A stretch of DNA of 64,000 nt from contig MU054391.1 in the NCBI GenBank assembly GCA_013239625.1, forward strand, positions 7,969,095-8,033,094, written 5' to 3'. Numbering within the stretch: the first letter of the stretch is position 1; the number at the start of each line of letters is the position of its first letter. The position numbers were made by a program, and so were the translations under genes. Origin of the DNA: Lama guanicoe (Eukaryota). This document shows, piece after piece, positions 50,570 to 62,620 of this stretch. Under the pieces are notes generated by a model. That model was not told the origin of the DNA, made no database searches, and worked only from the letters and a program-made list of their open reading frames with translations.

Positions 50570-50800
50570 TTCTCTCATTTGTTCATCTACCAGTGCTTCC
50601 ACCCCTCAAATGTTAAGGTGTCTGCCATGTGTGAAGCACGATGCTAGGCAGTGAGGGGACAGGGACGAATGATCTGGTTCCTGTCTCCAACATCCTCACG
50701 TTCCAATAAGGGAGGCGGACAAGTTTAAAGAAAAAGCTCGAAGAGAGCTATGACTAGCAAGAGTTTAAAACCTTTGATGGGAACACAGGAGAAGAAACAA
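50570..50800 (-). mobile_element. L2 3' end
   Basis: tctgccatgtgtgaagcacgatgctaggcagtgaggggacag..ggttcctgtctcc. Confidence 0.65.
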
Positions 50801-51019
50801 CGAAGTGGGCTTCAGTTCCCTTAAAACTATGATCACCGTGTCCAGTTATTCAGGCAGATGTTGGTCTAGCACACATGCACCATTGCTGTGCAAATATGAT
50901 GAACACCTTTATAATCCAAAATAGTAATTTGAAAGGCTGTTCACAGTTGGACCCCAACCTACTTGTCCTCCCTATGGTGGACAATTTGTCTTACCCAAGG
51001 TGCTCTCTGTGGTCCGTTC

Positions 51020-51620
51020 CTCCAGGAGCTTTAAGCTGTTCACCACCCTCTAATCGTGGCAGGCTTCCTCGCACCTCGCACTGTGCCTGGCACGAGTTAT
51101 ATCCCCTGCTTGGAAAGACCTTCCTCTTATTTCCAACACCAACCCTCCTGACTCTCCCTGCTCCGTCCTCCACCGGATGAGCTGTAGCCTCACACTGCAG
51201 ACCCAGTTCAAATCACACTGAAGCATCTCCTTGGACTCCTGAGGCCGGTGAAGGCTTCTTTCTCTCTGCACCCCTAGTGCTTTTCGCCCACCACTAGCAA
51301 AGAACTTGCCAAAGTCATGTGTCCATCCATCCCTTTCACCATGAACTCCACAAGGGGAGAGACCTTGCCTTTCTCGTTTCCTCACTGCCAGCACCTGGCA
51401 ACATAGCATCTTGGTCAATGTCAGTTACACAAATGAATGTATATATATATAAAGGACACATTAGTCTATGAAAAAAAACAAAGGAATGAATGAGTGATCC
51501 AGTTAATGAATCGGTAAGTTACCGAATAGTGATTGAGGAAATGATTGAGTGGTACATTATTGTGTAGTTATTTAATTAAAGGATAAATGAATACACTATG
51601 CAGCAAGTGAATAAATAAAT
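51020..51620 (+). mobile_element. L2 3' end with degenerate (TGAA)n tail
   Basis: cccctgcttggaaagaccttcc; agacccagttcaaatcac; catgaactccacaaggggagagacc; ccagcacctggcaac; tgaatgaatgagtga. Confidence 0.7.
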
Positions 51621-52689
51621 GGATAGCTTCCTAGGAGAGCTCGCCGCAGTTTCTCTCCACATCAAAGAAGAGACCATTTACTCCCTTCTCTTGTGTGACT
51701 CCGGGATTTTACTGGTCACATAAGCGTTTCTCTTTAACAGCCACCTCTCCCATTATTCTCCTGCAAGTAGGGGTTTTGCCTGAAGGATTAAGAACAGCGC
51801 ACATTTTAACCATCCTAGACAGTCTGCACTCACAATTTGTGACAAAGTCACAGGTTTGACAATGTTTCACAAACCTTATTTTACGACTAATTTAATGAAT
51901 TAAACATAGCTCCTTGTAAAAATGCTCAGTTTTTTTTTTTCAATTCTGCTTCCAGCTATTGGTAAAAGAAAAAAAAAAAGACTTTTAGTAAATAAATCCT
52001 GGCTCACACATTATATTCTCTCAGAGTAAACAGGTTTTAGCTGACTTTATAAAAGACAACGGATTTAGAAGAAAATGATGTTTTTGATAAAGTCTACCAA
52101 ATTAAATGCAGGTCTGTAGAATCTTACTTGCATCAGCAAAAGCATGAACTTGTTAGTTTCAGAAACAGCACGGTATTAATGTTATGAACACGAGGAGATG
52201 CGGTACCTCGTCTTTGTAGTACAAACCTGCACATCATTTTGATTGTCAAAGTTGTACCCCGGGATAATTGTTCGGGGTTTAGAATCCCCGCTTCCCATGT
52301 GCCAGAGGCTTCTAATGAGAATTGCCAAATAAACAGATCATTAGGTTAGGATTAAGACTGTCAACACAGACAATCTACTAAATGAATAATGCTTGATGGA
52401 ATGGGAAGCACGTGTTTTGCAACGTTAACGAATATTGAACTTGTAAGATTCCATTATTGCCCTGTTTTTCATATTACTGAGTAGCAGGGTGGGCCCTAAG
52501 TCAACGTATGGCCTACGAAATTGATTGAAGACATTAGAAAAATTGTAAAAAAAATTAATAATCATAATAATAAGCTTCATAAAATGCTCTGACCTGGGAG
52601 GAGGTAAGCTCAGACAGCCTCTACCCTTTTAGTTTCTTTGTTTAAAGCTCAGCTCTTCCAGACTCATTTCAAAGAACACTTATCTTTTA

Positions 52690-53120
52690 AATATAAAGCA
52701 TGCATGTTTTTAAAAGTCTGGAAAATTTTTTAAAAATCTGGAAAATAGAGGCAAACTATCCATTTTGATTACTCAAGTCTAGCTAATATCAGCATTTAGG
52801 GTTTTATTCTTCATATTTCTTTTCCAATGTACCAGTTTTACTTTAAATATGTTTCCTCTTGTATAAGTTCATGTGTTGATACATTTTGTTTAATAGAAGT
52901 ATTTTTAAATAGCTTCATAGACTTTAATTATTATAATAGCCCATAGGATATTTCATTATATCCTGACATTTGGTCATTTACTATGTTTCCAACTTTCAGT
53001 TATTAAAAACATCACTGAGTTGATTACTTAGGTGTACAAAGCTCTTTCCATATTTTGGATTATGTTCTTAGTATTATTCCCCCAAAGGAAAGCACTTTTT
53101 GTATATCCCCAAACTCTCTA
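52690..53120 (-). mobile_element. Old L1 (L1ME-like) fragment
   Basis: catttggtcatttactatgtttccaactttcagttattaaaaacatcactg; tttggattatgttcttag. Confidence 0.5.
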
Positions 53121-56097
53121 TAGAAACTGGATATATTCTAAATACTGAGACATCTCTTCCTCCTCAAGAAATACCTTGTATCTTGTGTTTCTAATAGAAG
53201 CAAATGTGATAAATTGCTTAAGACCTTTTTTCTTTGATACAACTTTATTTGTGGTAGTTTATGTGGCATTTCAAAAGCTCTCTTCCAGAAAAATATTGAC
53301 ATGACAGTTTTGGACCAACCTTCCCCTAGAAGCAGTCACACAGAAGACGATGAGATCATTTTTTCTTTCTTTATCCTCCAGAGGATATAACCGGTCCCCA
53401 GGAGAAGGCATTCCTGGATGATAGATCAACTAGGTGTGAAAAAGCATGTGGATGGTGCTGGCCTCACCGCTAAGGCAAACAGCTGACAAGGAAACTCCGG
53501 TAGGGAGTGTTGTATTTCTGGAAGTGTCCAGAGAGCTCTTGGATGACCAGCTCTTGGCAAGATTTTTAAAGGTATTTTAGTTTACTGGGTGGCCCAATGA
53601 GATGTAATGTAAAAAGCATTTTCTGTTCAAAAACTCTGATTCCGCAGCATGCTGGCACCACTCTGTGAGTCCTGTATCCAGCACAAGTGATCAATTAAAT
53701 AATTTGGAAACTATTACATTTCCAAAGAGACCATAACCTAAATATTAATCGGTTTATGTTAACCTGGTCTTCCATTAGCTCTCTTTTCAAGAACTAGTAA
53801 AAGTAACAGAACAGTAGCTTGAAATATTTGTGTGGTTTTTGATCGCTTGAGTTTAATTTGCTTCCTCCTTGGGTCTCTTTACTGTTGGGCATGCAAATGA
53901 GTGACATGGGAAGAGACAGCAGGTGCAGATGAAAACACCTTTATAAGTTATATACCGGATCAGGGATTGGGACGCAAAGGCAAAACGATTTGGGAGTTTA
54001 AGGAAGTATTCCTGAGACAAGGCAAAGTATCCAAGACCATTCTGACCAAGCCATGCCATGTTCATTGATCTTGGGGTTGAATCCTCTCACCCCCACCTTT
54101 CCAGGCCCACACGCTCTCCCCCTTCTTTGTGGATTCCCCTCCTTTCTCTTCCCCATCACAACTTGCCCCAAATACCTGCTGGACTCTCAGGCCACCTAAG
54201 ACATCCTCAGAGGGACACTGGATAGTTGCCTTGAAGAAAAGAAAACTTATTTGGGAGAGAGGAGTGGTAAGGGAATACTAACAAATTCAGAAACTTTTTG
54301 AGCGTGAGTGAGCCAAGATATTTCTGTGTATTCCCATGGAGAAATATTAATAGAAATGACTGAAGAACATCCTAATGGAAAGTGCAGGCCGGATAACAAA
54401 CATGCCCTGGAAGAGGTAGTGCGGTGTCAGTGGTACTGTAACTTATTGGAAATGGACTAGATGTTGTGTGACCAAGTAAGGGGAAGGAGGTCAACTCAGT
54501 CCATTAGCCTTTATGACTCTAGGATGCAGCAGGAAATGGGGAGCGCTAGGATTTTAGCTGCTGCTATCCCAGCCTAGGACTGGACAACAGTGACGTGACC
54601 CACGGGTGCAATCATTGTTCAGGTGGACTTTGTAAATGAACTGCAATCATTCCTTTGAAAACAACCCTTCAGAGTGCGAACATCTCTCCAATACACATTT
54701 TTCTGGTCTGCTTGGCTGTCCCCTCCGGGCTCAGTAAAAGAAACTCATGCAGTGGAAGTATGTTTAGCAACTGGGCCTGTTCCCAGGTTGCGAGACATTT
54801 AGCAAAAATCCAGAGTTATTATTAGATCTAAATGGAGGCTTTTGTCAAGAGGCCTCTTGAACGGTTGGGAAATCAGAGTGCAAATTGATAATGACACACA
54901 ACACATCCCTGCCCTGGCAGCGCCCCGAAGGCGGCCGAGATGCCCCAGGAAGGGCTTGCGTGGCCTGCTGCCAACAGCGTGTTGCTCAACACTTGTCCTT
55001 CTCCTAAGTCGGCTTGACAACTGCATTCTTCTCTTCCTTGTAAGAGGCAGAGGGAGATGGATTAAAGAGGATGTTTGAACTGAGACTATTAATTTCCTTG
55101 CAGTGTGTATTCAAGTCAGATCCCTTTAGAAGCGCCTTTTGTGGTTTCATAAAATTACAACTTTGGCTACTCGGCTGCCTTTTCCAAAGTACAAATTTGG
55201 CTTCTAAAGAAAACTCACTTCATAGGAAAAAAGGGAAGAAATGAGTATGTAGTTATCTTAAATATATTCATTTTATATAATCGTTCTGTTACGCAAAGAA
55301 ACAATTACAGTATTAACCACTTATTAATCAAAGAAATCATAAAACATAGTCTCTGTAAGACATATAAGGGTTTTTCCTGATTTTTAGTTGAGAAAAAAAT
55401 TATAAAGTAGATTTTCCCTCACATTTTATGAATGCTTGAAAATACTTTTTTAAACTGTCGGGTTTAAAAATAAATGTTCCTCTTCTTTCTCAGACTATGA
55501 TAATACTTTTCAATTTTTCGAGGGTTAAGTGGGAGACCTTCCATGGGTGAAGTGCGTGTGTGTGAGGTCTCGCAAAGAAACCAGAGGATGCATTCCTCCA
55601 CCTCCTCGCTTTCTCCCCGGCCCCGTTAGCTTCTTCCAAATGTGCCTCCTACTTGTGCCCATGGGACTCCAGCCCACTTAACAGCAATGTTATTTCAGAT
55701 TCTTCTTTTCAGCCCCTGTTTCTGTGGTCCAGGCTCTAACACAGCACCTCACACAGGGCAGGAAGTCTATTTTATTTAATGAATCCTTAAATGCTATGCC
55801 TAGTAAAGGAGAGATTCTTTTCGCTGCTCTGTAGTTTAGACAAACTTTTGGTTGGTTTGAACTGACAGAAAACTAAGCAAAATTTAGCTACCGTTCGTTG
55901 GAGAAAGGCAGCCTGAATGTTTGGAGTCACATTACGGTTTGGGGATGAGGTTCAGGCGCTAAGGGGTGGGGAGGGGACAGAACACAGTGAGATTTTTAAA
56001 GGGCCCTTCTTAGCAGTCTGCAACCTCACCTCTAGTCCTGGTGCTGTGTGACATTCACCGGGCACTGCCCCTCTCTGGGCTTTCCCTTCCCTACTGA

Positions 56098-56548
56098 GCT
56101 CAGTGGTTCTCCATCAAGGCTGTGCATTAAAACCACCATTGGAGATTTTAAAAACACCTATGCCTGGGTCCCAGCTTGGACCAGTGAATTCAGAAACCTA
56201 ACGGGTGTAGACCAGCTGTGTATTTAAAGAAGTCTTCAGATGATTCAGAAGTGAAGCTGAGGTTAAACTCCAGATCAGCGTGTCTCAAATTTAATGGGAT
56301 AAGAATGTCCTGGGATCCTCTAAACACAGACCCTGATTCAGCAAGTCTGGGGTGGAACCTGTGCTTCTGCATCTGAAGCCGGTGCCCAGGTGATGCTCTG
56401 GTTCACTTGGACTAGGATCCGGAACCTGGGAGCTTGGAAAACCTGTGGACTTAAAGGCTGCACCTCAGGCTCACAGAATCACATGCTGCATTTTGAAGAT
56501 CCCTATGTGATTTGTGACACATCAGAGTCTGAAAATTCCTGGTCTAAA
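56098..56548. mobile_element. Three adjacent MER5-like MITEs (~56098-56270, ~56272-56420, ~56430-56548)
   Basis: cagtggttctc..ggctgtgcattaaaaccacc; ctgattcagcaagtctggggtggaacc..ccaggtgatgct; ctgcattttgaagatccctatgtgatttg. Confidence 0.75.
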
Positions 56549-56559
56549 GAGTCCATAAG

Positions 56560-57030
56560 AACTGCACCCTCTCCCTCCCCCAACATGCAAGGTCCTCAGG
56601 GCACAGCCTCTGCCTACTTCCATCCACTCTCCTTCCAGGCCCCCTGTGCTCACCATAACCTAACAGCTGAGGCCCCTTGCAATTGTCCAAACGGGTCTCA
56701 CTGGCCTGACACCGTCTTTATATCACGGGGTATGACGTTCCCGTTATTTTGAATAGCTCCCTCCCCTCTACCTGCTTATTTCCTACCCCTCCTTCAAGGT
56801 TTAGGGATTAAGTCGTCCAGAGACACTGATTTAACTACTTCCAGCCCCTCCCTGGCCGGCGCTGCTCTGTGCTTCCTTCCCCTGGAAGAGCATTATCCGT
56901 ATACATGCTTCACTCCCGTCTAAGATGCACATTTCTTAAGTGTCAAAAATTGAGTTTCTTCCTATTAGTCAAGGTCCCGGCACAGAGTGTGAGCTGGCAC
57001 TCCTCCGTGCAGGTTCTGAGTAGGATGGAG
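56560..57030 (+). mobile_element. L2 3' region
   Basis: cagcctctgcctacttc; gaatagctccctcccc..tcctacccctccttcaagg; cccggcacagagtg. Confidence 0.55.
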
Positions 57031-58519
57031 AACTCAGCCGGTCTTTCTTATCAACCTCTTCCTTCTGCCTTTGAGTCTTGGCAACACACGGTGTGGCTAT
57101 AGCAACTCCGGGTGGATTTCCTATCTCAGTCTGGCACTAAATCTCGCTTCTTTTATCCTGAGGACATGTTGGGACCTGTGAGCTCTCGAAGGCTCAGGAC
57201 CCCCAGAATAAAGCAGATTTGGTGGGCTACCCTCAGTGGCAGCAACAGACCACTGAACAGGGCATCCAGTCTCCGGATCTCTGCCCTCCTTGTATTTTTG
57301 ACATTTATCAAAGCTGACGTTGCTTCCCAAAGGCCAGGGAAGGAAAGATGAAACAGATCATTTTCATTTGCCTGGTGTTCCCTCAGTTGTTTCCCAGGCT
57401 GACTGAGAACAATTTGCATCCTGTCCAGGCCCCATAATTTCTGGTTGTTAAAGAAAGACACATGGGTATTGCCAAAGCGTCCGGAGACCTTGACTCAGTG
57501 CAGTGTGACTTGAAGGATATGGGAAATGTGGGAGGGCCATCCACTTTGATTTTCTCCTTGTGGCCCACACTGGATGTTTCCTGTAAGAGGACAGGACACT
57601 GCGCCTGCATTTGCTTTCAATTTAGTGCTGGATTCAAATTATGCATTTGTGTTAAATCCAGTGAGTGTCCGTAAGGTGCCCGCTGTGTGTCAGACTCTTT
57701 GTTTGGTGTTTGGCTTGGTGTTGAACGAGTCATCGATTTTACCTTCTAAGAGTTCTCAATTGTAGACATGGAGGATAATGCAGCTAAGTATTACCCTGCA
57801 GAATCAGGTGCCACAAGAACACAAGAAAAGGCAACTGATTCTATTGCTTACATTGTAAAAAAGATAACAGGGCTAATACATCAGAATATTTTATTCAGCC
57901 TTTTAGTCATGTCTCAGTTTCTTTGGCTGTGTAACAAATGCCCCTGAAACTTAGTGACTAAAATAACAGGAATAGTAGATTGTAGAGACAGTCTTGCCTT
58001 GTACAGAAGACTTTTACTGATCTATCTAAAAGTAAAGACATAACTATTATACTGACAAAAATAAGATTAAAAATAATAATAAAGTACGAACTAAGGCATA
58101 ATGGCTGTCCATCAATGAAACCTACTGGTGCTTAAACAGAACATGGTTGTTCTTGTTCACTTGACTCTGTCCTGATCAGTGGGTCTACCCGGCACACGGA
58201 TGGGAGTTGGAGGAAAAGTTAGGACATTGGCAAAGCAGAGAAGTACAGATGCTAACAAGCAAGATGCTGGCCTTGGCCTCATTAGCATAAATTAATCAGC
58301 GACTTCACACACATTCAATTCAAATTTTGGAGAGGAGTCTGCAGGGGGAGTAGCAGGGTCCAGGCTGCAACAGACCTGACCCCGGGCTGGAACAGGGGGT
58401 GAAATGAGCAAGGATTTCAACGCTAACTGGAGGTAGATTTGACTCTGCACTTGGCAACTAGCCTTGAACAAATCACATTGTTAATATAATTTTTTCAAAG
58501 AAACAAGTTAAAAAAAAAA

Positions 58520-60290
58520 AGAACGAACACAAGTTATAACCAGATACCCTTCATGAAATTTCAAACACCAGAATAAAGAGAAGACTCTAAAAACATCAGA
58601 GGAATGAACTTAACAGGCATCAGATTTCTCATTAGTAACACAAGATGCTAGAACCCAACGGAGTAATGTGTCCAGAATTCTGATGGAAAATATTTTCAAC
58701 AAAGGACACGACAGCTCACTTTGCTGGAAGCCCGTGGTTTCCTACTTGCTAACCATTTTCCCCTTCTCCTACCTGTAGGCACGTGTGCAGTTTTATTAAG
58801 GTATTTGCTAGCAGGAATATGCTAAGGGGGAAGGCCCCTCCCACGGCCCCGGACGATGAATTATCGGTCTAAATTAATCGTGGTAAAAGCATTCCTCTTT
58901 GCTACTAATTATTCCAAGAGGGGATTATACTATAATTCTAAGCAAGAATTGCTTCTGAAAAAGATTGTTTTCCTGATAAAAAGACAGAGCTATTCAGGAA
59001 GGTCTCTTTGCTCCAGCAGCTCACCTTCCTGCCTCAAACTCAGTTATCTAAGGATATTATGCTTGGATCTGTGTCATCCATCTTGTGACCATGAGGTAAT
59101 AAACTAACATACTACGGATGGCCAAGGAGAGTAATGGAAAGACCGTGGGTCATTGATAACATTGTTTAGTCGCTGCACCAGGCCTGGTACCACCTACCTC
59201 CAGATTTCCTGTTATTTGAGATAATTAAGGCTCGTTGTTGCTTAAGCCATGATATGGTTTGTCACTTGCAGCAGAATGAATGATGCACGTCCCAAATTAT
59301 CTATCAGCCAGAAGATGGAAAGATATTTTCATTTTCAGACTTGGAAGTAATCAAATAGTCGCATCTCAAGCACTCTGTTCCAGGGATGTACCTGAAGATT
59401 TATTTCAGTAACCTGAGGAAGGCCATCAAGAAAGGAAACAGAATCCACCCAAAAAGAGCATAAGAGGGAAGTGCTGATGTGACAGCACACAGCCTGGCAG
59501 TGACGAACCAAACTGACAGAAAGAGAAAGGGTTGGAAGGACAGACCAGGGAGGGAGAGACAGAAAGAGGTTCTCAGGGGAAAAAAACACATGGTGGACTC
59601 AGTGGATAGAAAGTATGATTGAATCTGGGCCACAGTAGGCATAGGATTATGTCATAGAGGGTAATAAATACAGAAAGGAAAAAAGAAAAAGTCAAGTAGG
59701 GCCCCTGGGTCTGGGCAACCTGCGGAGGGCAGGTAGGGAAAATACAAGACCAGGTACAAATATGCACTGAACCACGTTGCTGTTTGCTAAGAAGTGAGGC
59801 CAACGAAGGAAAGAGAAAACATGTAATCTTTACGAAGTAGGAACAGTCACCTTTGAGAATTCCGTAAATCTTGGCTTAGCTACGAACACCACTTATTTAG
59901 TTTAAAAAATAAATATAAGTAGATGTAATAGAATTATGTAAATGTAAATAGGTAGAACTAACTGTTAGACAAAGAACAGAAGTGTTGGTTCTGGTTGTCT
60001 GACAATATCTAGGACGTCTTGTTACAGATTATGTAAAAATGTAGCTGATGTAGAGCAGGAATTCACAGTGAAGTATGAAACTGGGTGAAGGCACAGTTTT
60101 TATCCTTAACTTACACACTGGTAGTAGCTAGTAGATACTGTCCAGCACCGGGGGGCTAGGAAAGACATGTTTAAATGTGCCATTTAATGTTAAAAGTAAC
60201 CAAGAGAATCACTAAGAAGAACAGAATATCACACATTTGGAGATCTGGTGAAGGAGAGGAGTGTGAATGAAATCATCGTCTTTTATATGG
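58520..60290 (+). mobile_element. Old HAL1/L1 ORF1 region, split by an MLT1
   Basis: tgaaatttcaaacaccagaataaagagaagactctaaaa; ggcatcagatttctca..gatgctagaa; resumes cccaaattatctatc..attttcagac; distal limit uncertain. Confidence 0.55.
58720..59287 (+). mobile_element. Old MaLR LTR, MLT1K/L-like
   Basis: ccatcttgtgaccatgagg; ggatggcc..ggaaagaccgtgggtcattgataacattg; cctacctccagatttcctgtta; gcttaagcca..gtcacttgcagcagaa. Confidence 0.75.
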
Positions 60291-60439
60291 GAATATCTCA
60301 CACAATCCTCTTGCTCCCTGTGTGCCTGCTGAATCCCACCTCAGACTGTCATCCGCTCTATGACACATCCCGGCCACCTGTCACCCTGGCCACAGGCTGC
60401 AACGGTTCATAGCTGTGTGTCCCCTCTTTGGCATTCTTC

Positions 60440-61025
60440 CATTCACTCACCCATTCGACAATACTGCTCAAAGGTGTGTTGTGTTCCAGTTTCTGCTATA
60501 GATGCTAAAATACAACTGTAAAAAAAACAAGACACACAGGGACGCTCTTCTTCCGGAACGGACACTTTACAGAGAGGGACACACTTTAAAGAATTAAAGA
60601 TTCAATTACAAAATTAAATAAGGAATTGTAATTGCGAGAGGGACTACAAAAGAGATGTACAGGGAGCCAGGAGGATACAGAAGCACAGGAGTGAACTTAG
60701 TTTGGGGAAATCCAGGAAGGCTTCCCTAAGGAGGTGATGCATTAAGTCGCTCTCTGAAGAATGATGGACATTAACAAGCTGAAGGGGTGGGCTGTGGAGC
60801 AGAAGGCGAGGTGTGAGGAGCAGGGTGCAGAGCAGGAAGGAGGGTGTGGAGCAGGAAGGGGGTTGGAATACGGAGAGTCGGGGATGGGGAGCTCACTGCA
60901 GTACTGGGCAGGGAGAAACGCAGGGACTGCATCTTACAGGACCTTGAGGCCACGTTACAGGTTTTGTCTTTCTCATAGGAGAATGGAGAGGCCACTACAG
61001 AGGAACTTCAATGAGATTTGACTGT
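60440..61025 (-). mobile_element. L2 3' region
   Basis: cattcactcacccattcgacaatactgct; caggaaggcttccctaaggaggtgatg; aatggagaggccact. Confidence 0.7.
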
Positions 61026-61034
61026 GACTAAATC

Positions 61035-61222
61035 AGTGGTGAGCAAGCAGCAGCTCTGCTTTTGTAAATCAGGGTTTATTGGAACATAGCCACGCTCTTC
61101 GTTTGCTCACCTAGGGCTGCTCTCACACTGTTAGGGCAGAGGAGTGGCCGTGCAACCGGGCTCGTGCAGGTCGCAAAGCCCAAAGCGCTTGCTCCTTTGC
61201 TGTTCACAGAAAACAGCCCCTG
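61035..61222. mobile_element. hAT-Charlie MITE, MER58A-like
   Basis: ctgcttttgtaaatcagggtttattggaacatagccacgctc; gggcagagga; cgcaaagcccaaa; ttcacagaaaa. Confidence 0.8.
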
Positions 61223-62269
61223 GAACAGATCATCCCACGAGCAGGCCGGCGGCACCCGTGCTTTGCTGCCAGCACTGCCCGTGCTCAGGCCACCTGTATG
61301 CCTGCTTGATTTGCCCATTGTTCGTCTGTGAGCTCCTTCTGGAACAAGGACTGTGTTCAATTCACCTTCGTTTCCCTAACTCCTAACACATTATTGCACA
61401 GTGAACACTTGACTGAATTAATCCCATTTGTGTACCTCCCAGAGCATTCAGGCCAGCTGCTAATGTAACTGATTTGGAAGTTAAAGTCGGAGAGTTTGAG
61501 GGACTTTCTTCAAAACATCCAGGAACCATATTGGGTCTTAAATTGAGGTCTCTAGATTCTTATTCCTGTCATCTTTGTTCTTGCTTTAGTGCAGCTGTCT
61601 GAATTTGCCTACAAATATGCAATTATTTGAATATTACTAGAACCAGAAACCTGGAGATCTCTATCGACTTAAGAGAGTCGTACTTTTAGTAGTGATGACT
61701 CATTTCGAAGAAAAACGTGCCCAGGAATTTCATCTAAATCTATTATAATCGTCCCTGTAGAGCAGGCATTTGGGCATCATCCTGGCAAGCCCAGATGAGC
61801 GAAACACCCGCGAAAGCTTTGGAGATTCTGTGAAGAGCCCTACACAGGGGTCAGAGATGCAGAAGGCTCCATACTTCTGTACCATATGCCTGGTTGCCCT
61901 TCCTATTAGGAGGCTGGAAATATAATTAGGAGGCAAGCACCCCAGATGCTGCAGTTTACAATAACCAGAAGAAACCGCCGAAACGGGTAAGACATGAAAG
62001 GATAATTTTGCTTATACAAAATAGCAGACTGCAAACTCAAACCAAGAAAAACAAACAGGCAGATGGAACGAGTGGAGAAGGCACTGGCACAGCTGTGAGC
62101 AAGATTTAGATACCCAGATGCGACATCATTTGGGGGGAGGGGTGGGAGAGGAAGAGAATCTAAAAAAAAAAAAAAAAAAATCTAGAAACAGAAAAGATAC
62201 TGGAGAATAGGGAGTTCCTCTCCCCATCTCTCCACCTGCAGGTTAAGCCTCTTCACATCCACCTCCTCC

Positions 62270-62620
62270 TACGGCGGCTGCTGAAAGTCATCTCCCGGGG
62301 ACGGGAGGAGAGGACGCGAGGACAGAGAGAGATGAGCAGGAGGCAGTCCCAGCAGAGAAGGCGGCGACGGTGAAGCCAACAGCTCTGACTGCAGTGCAAG
62401 AAGAACGACGCAGCCCTTGCCCAGAAGAGGGTGAACAGGAGTGCTTGGCTTTATTATCAGCAGCATTATTTAGATAACCACACACGTGCATGGCTGTCTT
62501 TCTAGACTGAGCCACGGGCGTGGGAAGGGCGCGAGAGAGTAACACCGCGCATGCGCGTGGGGGCTCTGCTCTGCATGAACCGCCGTGATGGAGACTGGGC
62601 AGGTCACCCTCGTCAGTCCC
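62270..62620. promoter_or_regulatory. CpG-rich patch with NRF1-type palindrome (candidate cis-element)
   Basis: CGCGCATGCGCG at 62546-62557; CACGTG at 62483-62488; locally high CpG. Confidence 0.3.
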
